Shown: positions 57,214-64,000 of the stretch, piece by piece | Layout: each line of letters opens with the position of its first letter | Position numbering within the stretch: the first letter of the stretch is position 1 | From: Acidobacteria bacterium UBA2999 | Lineage (GTDB): Bacteria; Acidobacteriota; Vicinamibacteria; Vicinamibacterales; UBA2999 | NCBI GenBank assembly: GCA_002346475.1 | Contig: DDZV01000015.1 | Location: 47,643 to 111,642, forward strand | Direction: 5' to 3' | Length of the DNA: 64,000 nt | The notes under the pieces: generated by a model | Seen by the model: the letters and a program-made list of their open reading frames with translations, nothing else | Told to the model about the DNA's origin: nothing | The model's database searches: none | Made by a program: the position numbers and the translations under genes

Positions 57214-60200
57214 TCACCGAAAGCACGGAAGTTGTAACGGCTCGTACGTGCTGGTCGGAGTGCGACGACTGTCAACCGAGAGCCAAATAATCAGTCCCTC
57301 TCGGTGTAAGCGATCCTGAAGAATTGGATACGAATCAACAAATCGGTTCGCGGCATAGGCATGGACATCTTCATACGCTTCCAAGTACTGCAGGGGTCTT
57401 GATCCACCAACGCCGACGAGAATCGGCACCGGAGATTGTTCAACTAAGGCTATCGTGCGCTGCTGCAACTCCGCAGAGTGTTGAAACCCGTTACCCCAAG
57501 CCATGTGTCGCACAACGCGTCGCTCAGCATAGTACGGTGTTGTGTACATATCTGTCATTGCCCAGATCCGATCTTCCGGCGCAGTGCACTCGTAGAAGTA
57601 CCGCAACAATGCGCGATCACCTCTGCTCTCCTTCGGCGCATATCCATCAATCGGTGGCGATATTGTCCACCGGTTGAATTTTTCCGCAGATACGTCCCAC
57701 ATCCTCGTAACTCCTCCGAAAACCCCGATCCTGTTCAAGAATGAGGAATTGAAAATCCTGGTGTGGCTAATCGTAGCACCTATTGAGATCACGACTACGA
57801 CGGTGACAACGGCAAGGAGGACTGTTTGCCGAAGAATGCGACCGACCGTACGCGTCTGCAACGCTTGAGTCACTTGACGCCACGAAACCCAGCTCTGGAA
57901 AACCTGTGGAAGGCACCACGCACTGAAAACCATTGCGATGTTCACGTGGTCTTGGAAAGCCCCCATTTTTCGCATGAGCGCATAGTTAGTAATTACCGTC
58001 ATCAGGCCCAGCGCGAGCATCTTCGCACCCTCGTGCGACATTCCGTCGATTTGCTGGCCACGCACTGCTTTCATTATCAGTAATCCGATGACGAGAAAGG
58101 GAAGCAGCATTGTGACGTAGTACAACCACGCCCCGGCATTCTGGGCATGGATGATTTTTGGTAACACAGCGAGTCGCAGTATCGAAAAATCACGTTGCCA
58201 TGACATAAGCCACGAATCACTTTCGAGTTTTACATCCTCGAGTAAGGGAGTACCTGGTGTCGTCGTCCAGACAGATTCGATGCCACTACTTCCACTCACA
58301 TACCTGTCACTAACCAGGGCCTTAAGACGAGCTGAACTGGCATCGACCATGGTGTACGCATGCATACCTGCTGGCGCATTGATCGTGACGAGACCATGTT
58401 TCGTTTCGAGTGCTTGTCGCTGCTCGGTAGTCACAACATCGTGCGCCCATAGAACGTTTAACCGCGCGCCTATAAAAGCATCTTGATCTTCCAGCCATAC
58501 ACTGTCCTCAATTTCGCCTACTACTTGGAAAGTGCCTTCGACTTCGGTTGGGATAATACGGCCTATGGTTTCTACTCGTTCATCGTGTACTAACCGCGTT
58601 ACATTCTCGACCGAGGTATTTGTGATGTCATAGTCAAATGCCAAATGGTTATTTTCATTCTCGTTGAATTTTCTATTGACGAGTTGGTACTCTGCCTCTG
58701 CAGCAAAACGCAATTCCTTAGAAAGATCGTTGACCCAAACAATCCCAATCCGTGGGCCTAATACGATGGCCGCCGTGTCTTCGACTCTTGTGTCTTGTAC
58801 CAACTGCGTGACATTCGCACGAGAGGGATCCGCGAGCTCGTAGAAAAATGAACGGCCATCATCACCATTCGGGACTTTGTTGACGAGTTGGTACTGTGCC
58901 TCCGCAGCGACGGATGCCTCTGCGGATACCTGTTCAGCCCAGCGAAGCCCAATCCGTGGACCTGCTTTGGGAATCTCGATCAGGCCGATCGCCTCTGGAC
59001 GTATCACGGGACGTGTACCTTGCGTTCGTAAGATTGCACGGTCGGTCATCAGCGCAGTGATATTGTCTTGCGAACGATCTTGAACCTCATATTGCACCGG
59101 TTCCCCAGGCAGGGTAATGGCTGAAACATTCGACTCGTTAGAAATTGGTACGAGTTGGTATTGGGCTTCGAGACGGGTACGTTCTGAGTCGGTAACCCAC
59201 TCCGCCCAGAGAACCGTCAGCGATTCCCCGGCAGCCCCGGCTTCCATTTGGTACGCGCGCCGAAATGACCCGTAGACACCATCTACGATATTCACCTTTG
59301 AATCAGCTACTAGCGCTTTGAGGTTAACGTCTGACGGGTCAAGTAGTTGGTAACTGTGCCAACCGCCGGGCTCTCGAAGAGGCAGATCGTCAAGCCCTCT
59401 AGGCTGAGTATTCCCCTGTAGGCCATATTGTGTTTCCAGTTGTGTCCGTAAACGGGGAGATACCTCGGGTGCCCATTCGATGGCAATCCCGGCGGGGAAT
59501 TGAGGCATTATGCCCACCCAAAACGAAGGCCGAGACTCATCGATCACGAGCGGTACGGATTGGCGTCCTTCCTGATCGAGTTGACGTGCGAAATCAATGC
59601 GCTCAGTGAAATAAGCAACGATCCCTTCATTGATTTGGACTAGGACAAAGAACGGCAAGAATATGATGATTCCAACACCAACGAATCGCCCTACGGAGTA
59701 GGCGATTCTGCGGTACCCGTCGTGCCAATGTGCAATGAGAATTGCTATAGAAGCACCGAGGCCTACGTACAAACCGTGATCATGTCGAAAACCGAACGCC
59801 ACGGCCACCGCCACCGCAAGCCCGAACATGCGCAGGAAAGTTGGCTTCTCAATGTATCGCCACGTAAGCCAGCCACCGAGAGGGTATACAAATATTTTTG
59901 GATAACTGTAGACCTTGGTTTCGATCATCAGCACCATAACAACGATTAGAAGTACGAAAGCTATGAGACGTGAGCGGCTGGCTTCCCAAGCCATGTCGTA
60001 GCTGAGGGTAAGAGCAACGGTAGTGAACGTGACTGCAAGGAATATTTCGCCAATGACGCGGTAGCCCACAATCTTCTGTGCTATTGCTGACATAAACCAA
60101 AAGAGTGGATCGCCCATGTCCACAAAGCCGTCGAGCCATGCATCGCCTTTTAGAAACGCTGCAGCTTTCCCGAGAGCTAAGTGATCGTCACCCCCAAGAT

Positions 60201-60336
60201 CTTTAACAATTAACCATTGCAGTATCCACACGAACACAAAGATCGTCGTAAGTGTCAGTGCCTGATACCTGCGGGAAGGAACGGATACCATTGTTATCTG
60301 TGCTCTACGCTTTATGAAGATCTGGCTTGTGCTCAT
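57214..60336 (-). CDS. 1040-aa polytopic membrane protein, GT-C-glycosyltransferase-like, with an inserted five-repeat soluble region
   Basis: About 7 TM in residues 1-250, with 'GGDD' in the first extracytoplasmic loop. Five tandem repeats span residues 283-690, followed by ~4 more TM (730-860) and a ~180-aa C-terminal soluble domain. An alternative ATG at 60291 would remove the 32-nt overlap with the cupin gene. The GT-C assignment is an inference from topology and gene context only. Confidence 0.55.
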   Translation of the reverse strand: MSTSQIFIKRRAQITMVSVPSRRYQALTLTTIFVFVWILQWLIVKDLGGDDHLALGKAAAFLKGDAWLDGFVDMGDPLFWFMSAIAQKIVGYRVIGEIFLAVTFTTVALTLSYDMAWEASRSRLIAFVLLIVVMVLMIETKVYSYPKIFVYPLGGWLTWRYIEKPTFLRMFGLAVAVAVAFGFRHDHGLYVGLGASIAILIAHWHDGYRRIAYSVGRFVGVGIIIFLPFFVLVQINEGIVAYFTERIDFARQLDQEGRQSVPLVIDESRPSFWVGIMPQFPAGIAIEWAPEVSPRLRTQLETQYGLQGNTQPRGLDDLPLREPGGWHSYQLLDPSDVNLKALVADSKVNIVDGVYGSFRRAYQMEAGAAGESLTVLWAEWVTDSERTRLEAQYQLVPISNESNVSAITLPGEPVQYEVQDRSQDNITALMTDRAILRTQGTRPVIRPEAIGLIEIPKAGPRIGLRWAEQVSAEASVAAEAQYQLVNKVPNGDDGRSFFYELADPSRANVTQLVQDTRVEDTAAIVLGPRIGIVWVNDLSKELRFAAEAEYQLVNRKFNENENNHLAFDYDITNTSVENVTRLVHDERVETIGRIIPTEVEGTFQVVGEIEDSVWLEDQDAFIGARLNVLWAHDVVTTEQRQALETKHGLVTINAPAGMHAYTMVDASSARLKALVSDRYVSGSSGIESVWTTTPGTPLLEDVKLESDSWLMSWQRDFSILRLAVLPKIIHAQNAGAWLYYVTMLLPFLVIGLLIMKAVRGQQIDGMSHEGAKMLALGLMTVITNYALMRKMGAFQDHVNIAMVFSAWCLPQVFQSWVSWRQVTQALQTRTVGRILRQTVLLAVVTVVVVISIGATISHTRIFNSSFLNRIGVFGGVTRMWDVSAEKFNRWTISPPIDGYAPKESRGDRALLRYFYECTAPEDRIWAMTDMYTTPYYAERRVVRHMAWGNGFQHSAELQQRTIALVEQSPVPILVGVGGSRPLQYLEAYEDVHAYAANRFVDSYPILQDRLHREGLIIWLSVDSRRTPTSTYEPLQLPCFR
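58267..59490 (-). repeat. intragenic tandem array of five 68-96-codon repeats in the 1040-aa membrane protein gene
   Basis: Protein repeats begin GIAIEWAPEV (283), SLTVLWAEWV (372), RIGLRWAEQV (461), RIGIVWVNDL (529) and RLNVLWAHDV (625). DNA echo: 'ttgacgagttggtac' occurs at 58676 and 58880, and 'cccaatccgtgg' at 58744 and 58948 (204-nt period). Confidence 0.85.
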
Positions 60337-60661
60337 CCATCCGATGAGAAAGCATGTTCAGCCAAACTGAATCCTCAAGGGTCTCAAAGGTATGTACCTC
60401 ATAGGGATCGATCACAAAACACATGTTCGGCTCAGCGATGAATTCATGTTTTTCACCGGTTTCGATATGGTGAACCATAACGCGAATCCGTCCACTCAGA
60501 ATATAGAACAGTTCCTTGGTGTGCTGGTGGTAGTGGTTCCCGCGAATTACATTCTTTTTCGTGGTGATGTGGTTGATTTCAGCCCAGGTGTAACGATTGA
60601 CGATCCCATTGAAGATCCCGCGGTCGTCCTCGTGAATCAGGTACTTCTCTAGGAATTCCAT
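60305..60661 (-). CDS. cupin-fold sugar-nucleotide isomerase/epimerase-like protein (WxcM/FdtA-like)
   Basis: 'IRGNHYHQHTKELFYILSGRIRV' is a cupin metal motif. I chose ATG 60661 (MEFLEKYLIHEDDRG) over the track TTG at 60721. Confidence 0.6.
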   Translation of the reverse strand: MEFLEKYLIHEDDRGIFNGIVNRYTWAEINHITTKKNVIRGNHYHQHTKELFYILSGRIRVMVHHIETGEKHEFIAEPNMCFVIDPYEVHTFETLEDSVWLNMLSHRMDEHKPDLHKA

Positions 60662-60808
60662 GCAGGGCCTCCACTTAACCGTAGAGATCGCCCGGATAGC
60701 GGAAAATCTCTCCGGGGGCAATAATCTGTATATCTATATCACATGGTATCGTGCCCTGGGGAGAGCTTGGCACTGCGCTGGGCAATCCATATGATTTGTA
60801 GAAAATAA

Positions 60809-61999
60809 ATGACTATTGATACTAAAACATTAGCTCTGAAAGGTGGGCACCCCATCCGGGAAACAAGACTGCCTTTAAATAGTCCTTATCTGGATGATGA
60901 GGATGAACGTAGTGTCTCTAGCACTATTCGCTCAGGATGGATCGTAGGTGACGGACCAAAGTGTAAAGAGTTTGAAGAAGCCTTTGCTGAGTACTTGGGT
61001 GTCAAATATGCACTTCTAACAACATCCTGCACATCTGCACTGCACCTCGCCTTTCTGGCTCTTGGTTTCAGTGATGGTCAGGCCATCATACCTGACTACA
61101 CTTTTACATCAACTGGGTTAGCTCCGCTTTTAACTGGTATGACCGTAAAACTGTGTGACGTGGAATTTGACACTGCTAATATTGACACGCACTTAATTGA
61201 ATCTTTAATCACTGACAAAACAAGAGCAATTGTTCCAGTGGATTATGCTGGGCATCCTTGTCACATTGACAAAATCAATGCTCTCGCTAAAAAACATAAC
61301 TTAGTGGTAGTGCACGATAGTGCTCAATCCTGCGGATCAAAATTCCAGGGGAAATATGTTGGTCGCCAAGCATTGGTCTCGTGCTTTAGCTTTCATGCCA
61401 CTAAGAACCTCGTCACTGGTGAAGGTGGATGCATGGTAACTAATGATGAGGAGTTAGCACGAAAGGCGTACATCATTCGTGATAAAGGGACAAACAAGCG
61501 TGAAAAATTACTTGCTAAAGGCAATATTGGTTACTTTGAATATCAAAGCATTGGTAATTCTTACGTGCAATCGAACATCCTGGGAGCATTAGCTTTATCA
61601 CAATTAAAAAAATTGGATCGCATGAACGCTATCCGTCGTCAACATGCTGAATATTTAAACGAGGGGCTCAAGCATGTTGATGGCATTCAACTCCCAATCG
61701 TCAAAGAGTACGCTGAATCTAATTGGGCGATTTATGCAATACGGGTTATGGGTGCCAGTGTCATTGAAGTGCGCGATGCCATTCGAGCTGAAGGGATTGA
61801 ATGCAACACCCACTATCATCCATTGCATATCAATGCATACTATCGCGCAATGGCTAATTATCAGGAAAATGATTTTCCGGTTTCGAATCAGGTGTATCAG
61901 TCGTTATTACGACTGCCTATGTACCCTCAATTAACGCACACTGATTTAGACGAAACGATTGCTGCTGTAACAAAAGTTATGCAAGCTTTTCATCAATAA
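60809..61999 (+). CDS. DegT/DnrJ/EryC1/StrS-family sugar aminotransferase
   Basis: 'FSFHATKNLVTGEGG' (PLP Lys), 'SCTSALHLA' and 'HDSAQS'. Confidence 0.9.
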   Translation: MTIDTKTLALKGGHPIRETRLPLNSPYLDDEDERSVSSTIRSGWIVGDGPKCKEFEEAFAEYLGVKYALLTTSCTSALHLAFLALGFSDGQAIIPDYTFTSTGLAPLLTGMTVKLCDVEFDTANIDTHLIESLITDKTRAIVPVDYAGHPCHIDKINALAKKHNLVVVHDSAQSCGSKFQGKYVGRQALVSCFSFHATKNLVTGEGGCMVTNDEELARKAYIIRDKGTNKREKLLAKGNIGYFEYQSIGNSYVQSNILGALALSQLKKLDRMNAIRRQHAEYLNEGLKHVDGIQLPIVKEYAESNWAIYAIRVMGASVIEVRDAIRAEGIECNTHYHPLHINAYYRAMANYQENDFPVSNQVYQSLLRLPMYPQLTHTDLDETIAAVTKVMQAFHQ

Positions 62000-62015
62000 C
62001 ACACTGCCGAGAACA

Positions 62016-62567
62016 ATGAGTTCGTCAAAAATGTCATTCATCGGTTCACTGATCAAGAGAATCAGTTACTCAAAAATTGTCCCCAGGAGCTTGTTGCGTC
62101 TTGTCGATGAAGTATTACTGAATGCTGCCATGTCGTGGCCAGGCAGTCCGGGTCGGAAACTATTCAATCGACTACGCGGAGTCACAATCGGAAAAAATGT
62201 GTGGATCGGCCAAGGCGTAATCTTAGGCCAACATCCATTTCTGTTGACAATCCAAGACAACGTTATCATTGCAGCTGGCGTTAAGATTTTGACTCATGAC
62301 ACCAGCTTTACGGTTGTTGGTGGGAAAGATCTGGCTGGAACAGTCATGATTGGCAGTAACGTGCATCTTGGTGAGAATGCAGTGATCCTTCCAGGTGTTT
62401 CTATCGGGAATCGTTGTGTGATTGGAGCAAGTGCTGTGGTAAATAAAAGCATTCCTTCAGGACAGGTTGCTACTGGGGTCCCTGCTAAAGTGATTTGCTC
62501 CATCGAAGAAGGCTTGTCAAAACTGAACACCAAGCTTCGATCAGAGAATTTTTTCTCCACATGGTAA
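62016..62567 (+). CDS. hexapeptide-repeat (LbH) acyl/acetyltransferase
   Basis: Repeated [LIV]G-x4 hexads: 'IGKNVWIGQGVILG', 'IGSNVHLGENAVILPGVSIGNRCVIGASAVV'. Confidence 0.85.
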   Translation: MSSSKMSFIGSLIKRISYSKIVPRSLLRLVDEVLLNAAMSWPGSPGRKLFNRLRGVTIGKNVWIGQGVILGQHPFLLTIQDNVIIAAGVKILTHDTSFTVVGGKDLAGTVMIGSNVHLGENAVILPGVSIGNRCVIGASAVVNKSIPSGQVATGVPAKVICSIEEGLSKLNTKLRSENFFSTW

Positions 62568-63295
62568 ACGACCGAGAACAAGTAGATTTGTCCGTCGTCT
62601 TACCCTGCTATAACGAAATCGATTATTTACAAAAGGCAGTCGATAACACCGAAAACCTCTTAAAACGAACAAACTATACGTATGAAATCATCATTGCTGA
62701 AGATGCCTCCACAGACGGCACTGATGAATTAGCCGAAAAGCTCTCAAAAGAACGTGACCATATTGTTTGGATGCATCGCAATAAACGTACTGGGCGAGGA
62801 TCAGCTGTCGCAGATGCCTTTCGAAAAGCCCGCGGTCGCATTGTGGGGTTCCTTGATATTGATTTAGAAGCTCCAGCACACTACATCGTGCCTATGGTGT
62901 TAGCTATTAATCAGGGAGCAGACATTGCCGTCGGTGTGCGGAAAATAAAAATTAGCACCCTTGGTTTCGTATTTCAATTACATAAAATCATTACGCACAA
63001 TGGTTACAAATGGCTTGCGAGAAAACTGTTGAAGGTGAACCTGCAAGATATCGGTGTTGGATTTAAGTTTTTCAAAAAAGCACACATCTTACCAATCCTC
63101 GATGAGGTCAAAGATCAACATTGGTTCTGGGATACTGAAATAGTAGTGCGCGCGTTATTGAAAGGCCTCACAGTGTCAGAACTGCCTATTGCCTATACTC
63201 CCATTCCCGATCGGGAATCCAAAGTAAACTATGTGCAAGATAGTTTTATACACTTCAAAAAATTATTAGCTCTAAGAAAAGAATTAAAACTATAA
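62561..63295 (+). CDS. GT2 polyprenyl-phosphate sugar transferase (DPM1/ArnC/GtrB-like)
   Basis: Motifs 'LSVVLPCYNE', 'IIIAEDASTDGT' and 'FLDIDLE'. ATG 62561 overlaps the acetyltransferase stop (ATGGTAA); the track start is 62495. Confidence 0.85.
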   Translation: MVNDREQVDLSVVLPCYNEIDYLQKAVDNTENLLKRTNYTYEIIIAEDASTDGTDELAEKLSKERDHIVWMHRNKRTGRGSAVADAFRKARGRIVGFLDIDLEAPAHYIVPMVLAINQGADIAVGVRKIKISTLGFVFQLHKIITHNGYKWLARKLLKVNLQDIGVGFKFFKKAHILPILDEVKDQHWFWDTEIVVRALLKGLTVSELPIAYTPIPDRESKVNYVQDSFIHFKKLLALRKELKL

Positions 63296-63313
63296 GGTTG
63301 CGCGGATACGAAA

Positions 63314-63991
63314 TTAGTATGCCTGCTTAGGCAAAACTTCGCTTGGCAACCCGGCCGTCGTTAGTGTTCCTTGTTCTAGGATTAGCACATGCTCGGCGAT
63401 AGTTGCTATTTCATCTGGCGCATGTGCTACATACACCAACGGAATTTCCAATTCATCACGAATGCGTAGAAGCACTTGGAGAATCCGGCGACGGTGTGGA
63501 AGATCTACTGCTGCCATTGGTTCGTCGAGAAGCAAGACGTCTGGGTCAGACAAAAGTGCACGGGCCAAGGCCACCCGCTGACGCTCGCCTCCTGACAGAG
63601 ACGAAACCTGCCTGTCTAGTATTGCGTTTAAATTAAGAAATTCGATGGTTTCCGCGAGTCGTTCGATCGCAACTGTTCCTTTGGGACAACCGTAAATGAT
63701 GTTCTCGCGAGTATCAAGATGGGGAAACAACAACACGTCTTGCGGCACGTAACCTACGCCACGAAAGCGTGGCGGAAGGTTAATGCCGGACTTGTCTGAA
63801 AATAAAACCCTCTTATCCACACAGATTGTTCCACGCGATGGAGTTCGCAGGCCGGCAATAACTTCTACGATCGAAGTCTTCCCTGATCCTGATGGACCAA
63901 ACAACGCAAGTGCTCGGCAATCTGATCGGTCGGTTACAGAAAGAGTGAACGACCCTTGTTGCAAGAAAACATCCAGATCAAAAATTGCCAT
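63314..63991 (-). CDS. ABC transporter ATP-binding protein (ModC-like N-domain, no TOBE domain)
   Basis: Walker A 'GPSGSGKTS', signature 'LSGGERQRVALARAL', and Walker B 'LLLDEP'. 225 aa. Confidence 0.85.
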   Translation of the reverse strand: MAIFDLDVFLQQGSFTLSVTDRSDCRALALFGPSGSGKTSIVEVIAGLRTPSRGTICVDKRVLFSDKSGINLPPRFRGVGYVPQDVLLFPHLDTRENIIYGCPKGTVAIERLAETIEFLNLNAILDRQVSSLSGGERQRVALARALLSDPDVLLLDEPMAAVDLPHRRRILQVLLRIRDELEIPLVYVAHAPDEIATIAEHVLILEQGTLTTAGLPSEVLPKQAY

Positions 63992-64000
63992 AGCTTAAGG

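Noticed and set aside
1-64000. I scanned the whole window for CRISPR arrays, rRNA/tRNA genes, IS elements, integrases, phage or defence genes, and stop-codon reassignment.
   Set aside because: No intergenic gap exceeds ~190 nt. I saw no direct-repeat/spacer periodicity and no transposase, integrase, nuclease-helicase or RT signatures. All recognisable genes terminate normally at TAA, TAG or TGA.

Overview
This is a gene-dense (roughly 95% coding) 64-kb chromosomal segment from what looks like a diderm bacterium. GC is about 45-48% by eye. I call 67 protein-coding genes and found no rRNA, tRNA, CRISPR array, transposase, integrase or phage genes.

Most of the content is housekeeping:
- Cofactor and tRNA-modification genes: panBCD, metK, thiI, queF, lipB, ygfZ.
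- Central metabolism and protein processing: lpd plus an E2 subunit, fbaB, def.
- DNA maintenance: a type IIA topoisomerase A/B pair and mutY.

Start codons were moved from the longest-ORF track in about 15 cases, using overlaps, Shine-Dalgarno (SD) sequences and family N-termini.

The regions that do not look routine are listed below. All functional interpretations rest on motif recognition by eye; no searches were run. I cannot say which of them, if any, is truly undescribed.
1. 57.2-63.3 kb holds a sugar-modification module: a cupin, a DegT aminotransferase, an LbH acyltransferase and a GT2 polyprenyl-phosphate-type glycosyltransferase. Next to it is a GC-rich 1040-aa polytopic membrane protein that carries five tandem repeats of a domain I do not recognise.
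2. 52.2-52.9 kb holds a lone PduA/EutM-like BMC-H shell gene co-transcribed with a small 4-TM protein, with no other microcompartment genes in the window.
3. 1.6-9.6 kb is a tightly coupled minus-strand gene string. It links a double-length ThyX-like gene, phosphatidylcholine synthase, an MFS transporter, a LolA-like protein, an MMPL/RND exporter and a DUF1302-like barrel, which suggests an envelope lipid synthesis and export unit.
4. 55.9-56.06 kb is a metK 5' leader with mutually exclusive terminator and antiterminator hairpins, a candidate riboswitch or attenuator of unassigned class.
5. 44.9-51.7 kb is an aryl-CoA hybrid aerobic aromatic-acid pathway of the 2-aminobenzoyl-CoA / salicylyl-CoA monooxygenase-reductase type.
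6. Several apparent pseudo-enzymes and split genes are present.
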